A DNA stretch of 64,000 bases from Candidatus Latescibacterota bacterium (GTDB lineage Bacteria > Latescibacterota > UBA2968 > UBA8231): the NCBI GenBank assembly GCA_965204725.1, contig OZ242005.1, positions 3,840,001 to 3,904,000 of the forward strand, written 5' to 3'. The position numbers and the translations under genes are program-made. Below are positions 1 to 8,878 of the stretch, piece by piece. Position 1 is the stretch's first letter, and every line of letters begins with the position of its first letter. The notes beneath the pieces are model-generated. The model saw nothing but the letters and a program-made list of their open reading frames with translations. It searched no databases and was not told where the DNA came from.

Positions 1-1065
1 TGGCAGGGCCTCGCCCGTCGTAGCCGAGACGAACAACTCCAAGCGTCCGTCGCCGTCCACATCGGCCATGCCGTGCAAATGGTGCTGCGGGAAGTCAAAA
101 CGGGTCTCGCCGCTGAGCGCATCGACGCCGACGACATGCCACTGGCCATCGCCTTGGTCGTTGTAGATGCTGTACACCAGTTCAAAGCGCCCATCGCCAT
201 CTACATCAACGAGGGCCTGCGGTTTGGGCCGCACCACTTTGGTTGATTGCGATGGGTCGGGCTGAATGTCGCGCAGCCAGCGCAGGGTCAATTCCGTCCC
301 GTCATTGTCAATGACCTCGGCGTGCATGCTGAAATCAGCCACCACGCCAAATTCGGGATATGGATCGTCGTCGATGTTGGCGGCCCCGAACCAGCCGTAG
401 TTGCGGTACCCGTGGTACTGCAACTGCATTTTGGTTTCCCCGGTGACCCCGTCGAAGACGAGGATGCGATAATGGGTGGCCACGACGATATCGAGCTGGC
501 CATCTGCATCGACATCGACCACTAAGACATTGGGGTCCCAAGTGTTGGTAAAGAACTCGGTCTCCCAGACTACCCGGGCCTCGCCGTTGTTGTATGCGAG
601 CAGCCTGCCTTGCTTGGGATCGGCCCCGCCGTCGCTAAAGGAATTTCCCATCTCAAAGCGCTGCAAGCCCGCCGCCCCGGGCAGGATCTGAGCCACCTTG
701 AAGACGTTGTCCAGCGGCATAGCCACCTCGACGACGCCGAGGTCAAAAATCGGTGGCCCAACCCCCCAATCCCGCCCGTGGCTGCCGATGTAATTAGGAG
801 CTACCGGGGCGGCAAAGGGTAAGGCCACCGAGGCGTCGCCCTTGTGAGCGGCCACTTCCACATAGCCCTCCCAAGCGGCGATGTCGTAGCACCAGCGCTC
901 TTGCGGCGGGCCGTGCATTTGACCGACCCCCGAGGCTTGGCCGCTCATAAAGCGGTCGCCGCGCAGTTGCAGCCACTCGCTCGTTTGCCCGGGCGTCCAT
1001 CCCGCCAGTAGCAGCAAAACCATTGCCGACGCATTTGCTCTACTGTCTTTGGGAAAGCCTATCAT
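1..1065 (-). CDS. FG-GAP/VCBS-repeat secreted protein, runs off window start (partial)
   Basis: Manual spot translation: MIGFPKD...EWLQLRGD..., with DVDADGQLDIV, DVDGDGRFELV and DVDGDGRLELF repeats; absent from ORF track because the stop lies outside the window. Confidence 0.8.
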   Translation of the reverse strand, partial: MIGFPKDSRANASAMVLLLLAGWTPGQTSEWLQLRGDRFMSGQASGVGQMHGPPQERWCYDIAAWEGYVEVAAHKGDASVALPFAAPVAPNYIGSHGRDWGVGPPIFDLGVVEVAMPLDNVFKVAQILPGAAGLQRFEMGNSFSDGGADPKQGRLLAYNNGEARVVWETEFFTNTWDPNVLVVDVDADGQLDIVVATHYRILVFDGVTGETKMQLQYHGYRNYGWFGAANIDDDPYPEFGVVADFSMHAEVIDNDGTELTLRWLRDIQPDPSQSTKVVRPKPQALVDVDGDGRFELVYSIYNDQGDGQWHVVGVDALSGETRFDFPQHHLHGMADVDGDGRLELFVSATTGEALP

Positions 1066-1090
1066 TGGGCATGCCGCTGCGGAGGGGTAG

Positions 1091-2263
1091 TTATAGCGGC
1101 CTATCGGCATTGACCTCGGCCGCGTAGTTGATGCCCGCAAAGCCAAAGCCGAAAAGCCCCAGAAACTCCGTGCGATAACTCTCGATGTCCGACAGAGCTT
1201 TGAGGTTGTCGGTGTTGACTTGCTCCCACAGTGCCGCGACTTCCCGCTGCACATCCTCGCGCATTTCGCGGTCGTCAATGCGGATGCGCCCCTCGGAGTC
1301 GGATTCGGCATCTGCATAGAGGCGATCGGCGAAGAGGCGGTGCATCTGCTCGATGCAGCTTTCGTGGCAGCCTTTTTCCTTCATCACCTTGTACAGCAGC
1401 GAGATATAGAGCGGCACGACGGGGATGGCGGCACTCGATTGGGTCACCATGGCCTTGTTGACGGAGATGTGGGCACGACCGCTTTTGGCTTGCAGACGTT
1501 TGTCGAGTGCCTCGGCCGTCTTTTCTAGGTGGTTCTTAGCTTGGCCGATGGTCCCATCGCGATAGACCGGGTGAGTAACCTCTGGGCCGATATAGGTGTA
1601 AGCGACCGTGCGAACGCCGTCGGCGAGCACACCCGCCTCGTCGAGGGCTTCGATCCACATCTGCCAGTCTTCCCCGCCCATGACCGCGATGGTATGGGCG
1701 ATCTCTTCTGCGCTCGCCGGGTCAATGGCAATGTCGGAGACCTCGCCGGTTTGGACGTGGACGGTCTTGCTGGTATAGGAGTGGCCGATGGGCTTGAGGA
1801 CGGAGCTGAAGTTTTCGCCGGTGCGCGGGTGAGTCCGCCGCGGCGAAGCTAAGCTGTAAACGACCAAGTCAACTTCTTGCAGGTCCTCGCGGATGGCGGC
1901 GATGGTCGCGGCCTTGATCTCGTCGGAGAAGGCATCGCCGTTGATGCTGCGGGCGTAGTGCCCAGCGTTGCGTGCGGCCTCGTGAAAGGCCGCGCTATTG
2001 TACCACCCGGCCGTTGCCGTGCGGTTGCCGGCCGCTGGTCGCTCAAAGAAGATCCCGAGCGTGGCCGCCCCCGCGCCAAAGCAGGTGGCGATGCGCGATG
2101 CAAGCCCGTAGCCGGTGGAAGCGCCGACGACGAGGACTTTTTTGGGGCCGTTGAAGGGGGGGTGGCGTTTGACCGAGTCGATCTGGTCTTGGATGGCGCG
2201 AGCGCAGCCGTCGGGATGGGCCGTAGTGCATATAAAGCCGCGAACTTTGGGTCGGATGATCAT
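1091..2263 (-). CDS. fabV: Enoyl-ACP reductase FabV / trans-2-enoyl-CoA reductase
   Basis: MIIRPKVRGFICTTAHPDGC, GASTGYGLASR, TAGWYN, YSLASPRR, YxxGTIGxAK motifs; start moved to ATG 2263. Confidence 0.93.
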   Translation of the reverse strand: MIIRPKVRGFICTTAHPDGCARAIQDQIDSVKRHPPFNGPKKVLVVGASTGYGLASRIATCFGAGAATLGIFFERPAAGNRTATAGWYNSAAFHEAARNAGHYARSINGDAFSDEIKAATIAAIREDLQEVDLVVYSLASPRRTHPRTGENFSSVLKPIGHSYTSKTVHVQTGEVSDIAIDPASAEEIAHTIAVMGGEDWQMWIEALDEAGVLADGVRTVAYTYIGPEVTHPVYRDGTIGQAKNHLEKTAEALDKRLQAKSGRAHISVNKAMVTQSSAAIPVVPLYISLLYKVMKEKGCHESCIEQMHRLFADRLYADAESDSEGRIRIDDREMREDVQREVAALWEQVNTDNLKALSDIESYRTEFLGLFGFGFAGINYAAEVNADRPL

Positions 2264-2286
2264 GGGATTTCCTTGGTTGAGTAAGC

Positions 2287-4887
2287 CTAGAAGTTGTAGC
2301 TGTACTTTGTGTACCAGAATGCGCCGCCAAAGCCATAAGGGCTGTACTCGCCGAAAGGCCGGCCGACTACAGGCCCCCAATCAGGCCCATCCGTGAGATT
2401 GTCCGGCTCGACATTGAGGAGGTTTTGGACGCCAATAGCGACCGTCGATTGAGGATCTAGCGAGAAGCTGGTCTCGAGGTCGAGCAAAAGGGCGTGACCA
2501 AAGACTTGGGCCGCGGGCCCGAAAGCCCACTCACTCCAAGACTCGTAAAAACTGACGCGCCCGAGGGCAGCCAAATTATCGCTCAGGGCTTGGGTCAGGG
2601 TCAAGTTCCAGCGGTGTCTGGGAAGCCCCTTCTCCAACAGCGTGATGCGTTGGTCGTCGAGCAGGAGCGTATCGTACTGGGTAACTTCGGTGCTCGTGAA
2701 GTTATACGTGTAGCTCAGTTCACCCGCAGCCACGGGAGCCGTGACAACCAAGTCGATGCCTTGGGTGTGCGTTGCAAAGTCGTTGGTGAAAAAGCGAAAC
2801 TCCTGTAGGTTGCGTGCGTTTATGCCCGTAGCCTCCAACTGTTCGATCTGTCCCTCCGTAAGCTGCTTGTCGCTGGAGACCGTCATGCGATCCTCCACCT
2901 CGATGTTGAAGTAGTCGATCGTTAGGCTCAGCGCGTCACTACCCACAACAGCACCCACCGTGAAGTTCTTCGACTTTTCAGGCTCGAGCCCCTTGCCGCC
3001 GACCAGTTCGGCCGCTGAATGCGTGGAAGGAATCGTGCCCTTATTGACCAGTATGAAATTGCCCTCGCTGTCTTCGCCGAATTCGGTCGTCACGTTAAAG
3101 GCGTTTTGCTGGCCGGGGGTCGGTGCCCTAAAGCCGGTGCTGTAGCTGCCGCGCACCTTCAGTTGGTCGGTAAAGCCGTAGTTGGTCGCCAACTTGTAGT
3201 TGGTGGTGCCGCCAAAGTCGTCGAAGTTTTCATAGCGCAACGCACCGGCCAGCAACCAGTTTTCAAGTGGGTAGAGCTCGGCCTCGACATAGAAGGCAGA
3301 ATTGGAGCGGCTCCAAGTGCCGGCCGCAATGGCGGGGAATCCGGGAAAACCATTAGACCCCGAGCTGAAGCCCTGCTCGGCTAGCGGGCCGATTTGCCAA
3401 GACGTGCTGTCGCCCGTCGCGATTTCAAACTCTTCGGTGCGATACTCGGCACCCGCAGCGAGGAACAACTGGTCGTTGATCGGGAGGGTAAAATCGAGGT
3501 TCAAGTTGGTATCCGTCTGGATGTAGTCTCCCGGATCGAACGACGTCGGCGAGTCAGGCCCCAGCGAGGCGTTTACGGTATTGAAAATGAAGAAGTCGGA
3601 GTGATGGCGGCCATAGGAGGCACTTAGATCCCAAGTAATCGTCGGGTTGGGAACCGTTCCTTGAATGCCCAACAAAACGGCGCGATCGGTGGTGTTGCCG
3701 CCAAAGCGAGGCGTGAAGCCTCCCGGTCTGCCGGGGAAACCGCCCTGTGCTTCCCGGAAGGTGAAACAATTGTCGTCGGCAAAAACCTGCTTTAGGAGGT
3801 CGGGGTCCGGCACGTTGTCGATTATGGGCACCGTGGGACAATCGTCCCCCTCGCCCACGCCATCCAGATCGCCTACAAGCAAGGTGTTACCTTCGTCAAT
3901 ACTAAACACGGCCGGCCGCGTATTGGGGTTGCGGAAGTAGAACCCGCCTTCCACCTCCTTGCTGGCATAGTTGGCGTGCCCATACAGCCCGAGGTTGTCG
4001 TTGAGATTCGCGCCGTAGTTGGCGAAGAACTTTATGTCGTTCCTGATGATAGGTTGACCCCAAGGTTGGGCCGGGTCGGCCACGTCGGCATTGCCGGCCT
4101 CTATCAGAGCCGCGGCATCCGCTCGTTGCACGGACCGGTCGGTCTCATCGGCGTTGCCGTACTCTAGGCTGAGGTTGGCCCAAGCATTTTCGCTGCCCAA
4201 GCCGATATTGCCCGCGGCGCTGTAGGTGAAACCATCGCCCGCTTGAAAAATACCGGGCTTAATCTGAAAAGAAGCTCCTTCAGAATGGTCCTTGAGCTGA
4301 AAGTTCAGCACCCCGGCAATGGCGTCGGAGCCGTACTGGGCCGAGGCCCCGTCGCGCAGCACTTCCACCCGCTTGAGGGCAATGGCCGGGATCGGGGAGA
4401 TGTCTGGCCCCTGCGCTGCATCGGAGTAGCCATTACCCAGCCAGTAGATCACAGAGGCGCGGTGGCGGCGCTTGCCATTGACCAGCACGAGCGCATGGTC
4501 CGGTGCCAGTCCCCGCAGATTGGGGGGACGGACGACGGTGGCCGCATCGCTGATCGGCTGGAGCGCGATGTTGTAGGAAGGGACGACGTTTCTCAGCAGG
4601 TCTGGCAGGTCTGTGCCGCCTTGCTTGACGAAATGTTCGCCGCGAACTACGTCGACCGGCACGGCCGAATCCGTCACCGAGCGCGGTTGCCGCGCCCCGG
4701 TCACGACCTGCTCTTCAAGCTCTACTACCCCTTCGAGCATTGCCTCTTCGGCCGGGGCTACCTCCTCTGCTGCGGTCGTATCCTCCTCGGCCACAGCGTT
4801 GAGGGAAAGGGACACAGCGATGCCGAGCGCGAGGGCTGTCGGCTTAAAGAGAGACTTCCGTAGCGTAGCGAGTATATGCAGAGTCAT
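2287..4887 (-). CDS. TonB-dependent outer-membrane receptor
   Basis: Signal peptide, VVTG TonB box, LRGL..LVLVNGKR plug, RVEVLRDGASAQYGSDAIAGVLN, C-terminal YSYNF. Confidence 0.93.
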   Translation of the reverse strand: MTLHILATLRKSLFKPTALALGIAVSLSLNAVAEEDTTAAEEVAPAEEAMLEGVVELEEQVVTGARQPRSVTDSAVPVDVVRGEHFVKQGGTDLPDLLRNVVPSYNIALQPISDAATVVRPPNLRGLAPDHALVLVNGKRRHRASVIYWLGNGYSDAAQGPDISPIPAIALKRVEVLRDGASAQYGSDAIAGVLNFQLKDHSEGASFQIKPGIFQAGDGFTYSAAGNIGLGSENAWANLSLEYGNADETDRSVQRADAAALIEAGNADVADPAQPWGQPIIRNDIKFFANYGANLNDNLGLYGHANYASKEVEGGFYFRNPNTRPAVFSIDEGNTLLVGDLDGVGEGDDCPTVPIIDNVPDPDLLKQVFADDNCFTFREAQGGFPGRPGGFTPRFGGNTTDRAVLLGIQGTVPNPTITWDLSASYGRHHSDFFIFNTVNASLGPDSPTSFDPGDYIQTDTNLNLDFTLPINDQLFLAAGAEYRTEEFEIATGDSTSWQIGPLAEQGFSSGSNGFPGFPAIAAGTWSRSNSAFYVEAELYPLENWLLAGALRYENFDDFGGTTNYKLATNYGFTDQLKVRGSYSTGFRAPTPGQQNAFNVTTEFGEDSEGNFILVNKGTIPSTHSAAELVGGKGLEPEKSKNFTVGAVVGSDALSLTIDYFNIEVEDRMTVSSDKQLTEGQIEQLEATGINARNLQEFRFFTNDFATHTQGIDLVVTAPVAAGELSYTYNFTSTEVTQYDTLLLDDQRITLLEKGLPRHRWNLTLTQALSDNLAALGRVSFYESWSEWAFGPAAQVFGHALLLDLETSFSLDPQSTVAIGVQNLLNVEPDNLTDGPDWGPVVGRPFGEYSPYGFGGAFWYTKYSYNF

Positions 4888-4920
4888 TTTGACCTCCTTA
4901 GAATGGGTGGAACTTCCCGC

Positions 4921-4990
4921 CTAGTATTATGGACCACGGTCAAATACTAGCACCATTAGTTAATAACTTCCATGTAAATATAACATGGAA
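4921..4990. promoter_or_regulatory. Two palindromic candidate operators upstream of the TonB receptor
   Basis: CTAGTATT-N14-AATACTAG (4921-4950) and TTCCATGT-N7-ACATGGAA (4968-4990) in an AT-rich intergenic region. Confidence 0.5.
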
Positions 4991-5021
4991 ATTTCAGAAA
5001 TTCAGCAGTGTTCTCGCTGTT

Positions 5022-6305
5022 TTACTCCCGCACGAACTTCGGCCCACCGGCGCCGTCGTTGACCACGTAGCTGCGCGCTGGAATCGCCGCTTGGTCGGGA
5101 ATGACCAAATCCAGCGGCGACGCGTTCTCAATGACCGTGCCGGCCCCCACCCGCACTCCGGCCCCCAATTTAATCGCTCCGGGCCGCACCTCCCCCGCCC
5201 TGAGCGTACCGATAGAGACCGACACGCCGATCCGACAATCCGGGCCGATTGCGACGATGCCGTTGATTTCGGTGTTGGCCCCAATCGCCGTGCGGTCGCC
5301 CACCTGCACGGGGCCGAAAATCCCGGCATCCGTACCGATAAACACATAGTCGCCGATGGTGGGATGGCGCTGCTGCACCTTGCCGCTGAGGCCGCCCAAA
5401 GTACACGGATAGATATGGCAGCCGTTGCCAATGATACCGGTCTGGCCGGTGGTTATGCCGCGATGGGGATGGTCGAGGAAGTTGGCGTCGCCCATTTGCG
5501 TTTCGGGATGGATGTCGGCTTGATAGTAGCGCCCCCCCAACTCGGCAATGGCCCGCGGCAGCAGGGGCACCGGCCGCCGCGTCAGCCCGGATTCGCCCTG
5601 CACAGGGCCGGAGCGCGTTAGGGCGTGGGCAATATCGTGGTAGAACAGCACTCGCCAGCCCGGATAGGTACTCATCACGAGCTGCATTTGGTAGTCGAAA
5701 ATAAAGTCGCACTCCAGCGCGTCGAGAAAGCGGCGATAGTGGTCGAAGTCGCGGCGGCGAATGGTCTCGTCCAAGGCGGCCCGGAAGTCGATCTTGAGCA
5801 ACTGCTCCTGATTCAACCCGCAGTTGTCGAGCAAATAGGCGTCCCAAACGGCCGGATCCCTCAGCGCGGCAAAGCGGTTCCAGTGGGCGCGGGTCTTGTA
5901 GGCGGGCAATTCCCACAGCAAGCAGCAGGTGTTCATCAGGGCCTTCTCCTCGGCTCCTTCGCTCTCGCCGACCGCCAAAAGCGACTGGGCGATCATCGCG
6001 TAGAGCTGGTCGGCAATCTCGCCGATGGCCTCGTCGAGCGACGGCTTTTGCGGCCTCGCCCCCAAGGCGTTGTGCGACCCCGGGGCGACGCATTCGAGCA
6101 AGTTGCCCAACACCGTTTCGAGCAGGTCGCGATTGACAAACCCGCGCCCAGAACGCTGCGAGAGAATGTCCCGATCCACCGCGTCAATGCGGAGCGCGGC
6201 GACCTCCTCCGAAGTGTAGATCGGGATCAGCCGCTCTAGCAGCCGCTCTAGCAACGCCCACTTGCGGCGTTGATACGAAGTGTTAAAAAGCGTGGAATTG
6301 TTCAT
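5022..6305 (-). CDS. Serine O-acetyltransferase-like (hexapeptide repeat) protein with long N-terminal extension
   Basis: ADIHPETQMG..FLDHPHRG..TGQTGIIG..TLGG..QRHPTIGDYVFIG mirrors the CysE beta-helix. Confidence 0.65.
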   Translation of the reverse strand: MNNSTLFNTSYQRRKWALLERLLERLIPIYTSEEVAALRIDAVDRDILSQRSGRGFVNRDLLETVLGNLLECVAPGSHNALGARPQKPSLDEAIGEIADQLYAMIAQSLLAVGESEGAEEKALMNTCCLLWELPAYKTRAHWNRFAALRDPAVWDAYLLDNCGLNQEQLLKIDFRAALDETIRRRDFDHYRRFLDALECDFIFDYQMQLVMSTYPGWRVLFYHDIAHALTRSGPVQGESGLTRRPVPLLPRAIAELGGRYYQADIHPETQMGDANFLDHPHRGITTGQTGIIGNGCHIYPCTLGGLSGKVQQRHPTIGDYVFIGTDAGIFGPVQVGDRTAIGANTEINGIVAIGPDCRIGVSVSIGTLRAGEVRPGAIKLGAGVRVGAGTVIENASPLDLVIPDQAAIPARSYVVNDGAGGPKFVRE

Positions 6306-6396
6306 CGGTTGCTCCCCATTCTTCCTCCTCATACCTTCTAACGAAACTTACGGAACGCACGTCGGGTTGCAACCCGGCTCATCACAGGGAGAAACC

Positions 6397-7182
6397 ATGC
6401 ACCCGTTTGAATCGCTGATAGTACCCGAAGGCGCGGTCGGCCTCCACTGGTTTGGCCAGAGCACGTTTGGCCTCAAGGACGCGCCGGGGACCATCGTCCA
6501 AGTCGATCCCTACTACCCCCGCGAGCGGCCCGCCGACCGCTTCATCCACGCCCGGCCCCCGCTCCACGAGGCGTCCCTGCACACGGATTTTGTGCTCCTG
6601 ACCCACGACCACGGCGACCACACGTGTCCAGAGTCCATTGCGCGCATTGCCGCGGCCTATCCCGCCGTGCAGATCGTCGGTCCGGCCGAGAGCATCGAGC
6701 GCGTCCGCGCCGCGAGCATTGCCGCCGCAACAACGACGGTTGCCGCCGGCGACGCAGCCGAGTTGGGCACGATGACGGCTCACGCCGTGTACGCCAAGCC
6801 CCCCGAGGGCCTGCCTAGCGACGACATCGCCCCACCCGATGTGACCCACCTCGGCTACGTGCTAGAGGCCAGTGGGGTGCGCGTGTACATCTCCGGCGAC
6901 CCGGTCAACACGTTTGCCGAGCACGAAGCCCTCCTCGCGCCCATCCGCGCCCTAGCACCCGACATCGGGCTGCTGACCAATCACCCCAGCGAAGGGGAAT
7001 TTCCCTTCTTTGCCGGCTCGGCCAAAATGGCCGCAGCGCTCGGCCTCCAAGCCGCGGTGCCGGCCCATTACGCCTGCTTTGTCGCGCGCAACTACGATCC
7101 CCAACAATGGGCGGCCGCGCTCGCCGGGGTCGAGCCGTTGATCATCCCGTACAACCAATCCGCAGTCTATGCGCCCGGCTAG
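6397..7182 (+). CDS. MBL-fold metallo-hydrolase (UlaG-like)
   Basis: WFGQS, VDPY, THDHGDH, YISGD, VPAHY motifs; GGAG upstream of ATG 6397. Confidence 0.88.
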   Translation: MHPFESLIVPEGAVGLHWFGQSTFGLKDAPGTIVQVDPYYPRERPADRFIHARPPLHEASLHTDFVLLTHDHGDHTCPESIARIAAAYPAVQIVGPAESIERVRAASIAAATTTVAAGDAAELGTMTAHAVYAKPPEGLPSDDIAPPDVTHLGYVLEASGVRVYISGDPVNTFAEHEALLAPIRALAPDIGLLTNHPSEGEFPFFAGSAKMAAALGLQAAVPAHYACFVARNYDPQQWAAALAGVEPLIIPYNQSAVYAPG

Positions 7183-7371
7183 CGCACCGGGGCCGGGCAA
7201 CCGCAAAAATCGACTTTGGCCGAAGTGCCGGCGCATTGCCAAATTTTGGGCGCGTAAGGGCGTCCGGCAGCACACCAAATACAAGCCCTACCAACGTGCT
7301 TGGGGTTTGGCGAAAATCCGCTACTCAAGGCAGTACAGGGCCGCGCAAACGGCGAAATTCGTTCAATCCCT

Positions 7372-8555
7372 CAGAGCGACAACACCCAACGTGCGATCCT
7401 TGAGCACGTCCCTAGCGGTTGCCGCGTCCGCTGTATCGCCAGCGACCCCCGGCGGGCGCACGGGTTGCGGCCAAGCCTTGTAATCGCGGACGAACCGGCC
7501 CAATGACCGCAATCGACTGCGGACGCCGTGTATGCCGCTCTGAGTACGGCGTTGGGCAAGGTCCCTAACTCAAGGCTCGTGGCTATTGGCACACGTAGCG
7601 CGGATAGCGGCCATTGGTTTGAACGGCTATTGAAGGACGCCGACTTCTCGCTGTGCCATGCAGCGGACGCCGAAGATGACCCCTTTGACGAATCGACGTG
7701 GCTAAAGGCATGTCCTCAGTTGAAACGCTTGCCCCATCTACTCAAGGCGTTCCGGGAGGAAGCACGAGCGGCCCAACGTGATCCGGCCTTGCTTGCCCAA
7801 TTCAAGGCGTTGCGCTTGAACATGGGCGTCAGCGACGTGGTCGTCCTCTACTTGGTAACTCCTGACGAATGGTTGGCCGTAGAGGACGAAGTAACGACAA
7901 GCGCGAACAAGACCGGCCCTTGTGTTTGGGGCATTGACTTAGGGGCAACTGCGGCAATGAGCGCCGTTGCCGCATACTACCCGGAAACGGGGCGCATGGA
8001 CGCCATCGCAGCATTCCCCAATGACCCGCCGTTGGGCGTCCGGGAGCGTTTCGATGGCGTAAAACCGGGCTTGTATCAGAATATGGCGGATCGCGCCGAA
8101 TTGCTCCTGTTGGGTGACAAGGTGGTTCCGGTTGGGCAACTACTGAACGCCGCGCAACAGCGGTTGGGCTACCCGGACGCCATCGCTTGCGATAGATGGC
8201 GGTTGGGCGAACTAGAGGACGCTATGACGGACGCCGCACTCCTTGCCCCCGTCCAAGCGCGGGGCATGGGCTTTAGGGATGGGAGCGAAGACGTGCGCTT
8301 GTTCAAGACGGCCCTACTATGAAGGGCGCGTAACCCCCGTCCGCTCGCTCCTGCTGCGTTCCGCAGTTTCAGAAACAACGGCTCGTGCAAGACCCGGCGG
8401 GCAATGCGAAGATCGCAAAAAGCGGCGAGGGTGCTAGACGGCGCTATGGCCGCGACGACCCGGCCGTAGCCGGTGTGCTTGCTGTTGCCCTCGCTGAACG
8501 AATGCCGAAGAAGGTGGCCGTAGCGTTTGACCATATTCCGCTTGACCAGCTTTGA
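7372..8555 (+). pseudogene. terL: Phage terminase large subunit, 5'-truncated, with in-frame TGA at 7504 and frameshifts near 8319 and 8378
   Basis: AHGLRPSLVIADEPAQ* (Walker B), VAIGT, WGIDLG nuclease motif, GMGFRDGSEDVR; tail DPAGNAKIAK...GRDDPAVAGVLAV ends at TGA 8553-8555. Confidence 0.85.
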
Positions 8556-8580
8556 CATCACAGAGGACAAACTCTATGGT
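8552..8580 (+). promoter_or_regulatory. sigma70-type promoter P1, overlapped by palindromic site A
   Basis: TTGACA (8552-8557), 17 bp, TATGGT (8575-8580). Confidence 0.7.
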
Positions 8581-8585
8581 CTTGC

Positions 8586-8670
8586 GCGCCCCGGCCTCAT
8601 TGAAGAGACGCCCTTTGACGGGTTGGCGTCAATCCTGTATGCTGGTCGTGCGCCCCGGCCTCATTGAAGG
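8586..8670 (+). CRISPR. Two CRISPR half-repeats (type I-G/I-U-like 3' end); mini-array or solitary repeat units
   Basis: Exact 20-mer GCGCCCCGGCCTCATTGAAG at 8586-8605 and 8650-8669, 64-bp period; ends in ATTGAAG handle; 5' halves degenerate; no cas genes in window. Confidence 0.65.
8615..8643 (+). promoter_or_regulatory. sigma70-type promoter P2 within the inter-repeat spacer
   Basis: TTGACG (8615-8620), 17 bp, TATGCT (8638-8643). Confidence 0.7.
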
Positions 8671-8689
8671 AAGGAAGGGAAGGCCGCCG

Positions 8690-8719
8690 AACCAACGATA
8701 ACTAGAGTTATCGTTGGTT
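8690..8719. repeat. Perfect palindrome with 14-bp arms
   Basis: AACCAACGATAACT-AG-AGTTATCGTTGGTT. Confidence 0.9.
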
Positions 8720-8727
8720 ACAGCACT

Positions 8728-8759
8728 TCGACACCACAGAGTTTGTCCTCTATGGTGTC
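8728..8759 (+). promoter_or_regulatory. Promoter P3 overlapped by palindromic site B, upstream of the LRR gene
   Basis: TCGACA-N17-TATGGT (8728-8756); site GACACCACAGAG-TTTGTC-CTCTATGGTGTC (8730-8759). Confidence 0.6.
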
Positions 8760-8878
8760 CACCTTGACGCCCCAAAGGGCGATTAACAAGCTGCTGTCCG
8801 CTCCCTACCCTATCAGTCTCATACCCTTCGGCGCACTCAAGGCGGGTGCGCCATTAACCCAAACAAGGAGATACTCCT

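Noticed and set aside
7355-7385. tRNA 3' fragment (GTTCAATCCC) as an att site
   Set aside because: No T-stem pairing or acceptor end
7504-7506. TGA recoding (Trp or Sec) in terL
   Set aside because: TGA ends many genes here and terL also has frameshifts, so simple decay is more likely
8586-8670. Canonical CRISPR array
   Set aside because: Only two partial repeats, degenerate stem halves, no leader or cas genes; kept as a half-repeat module instead
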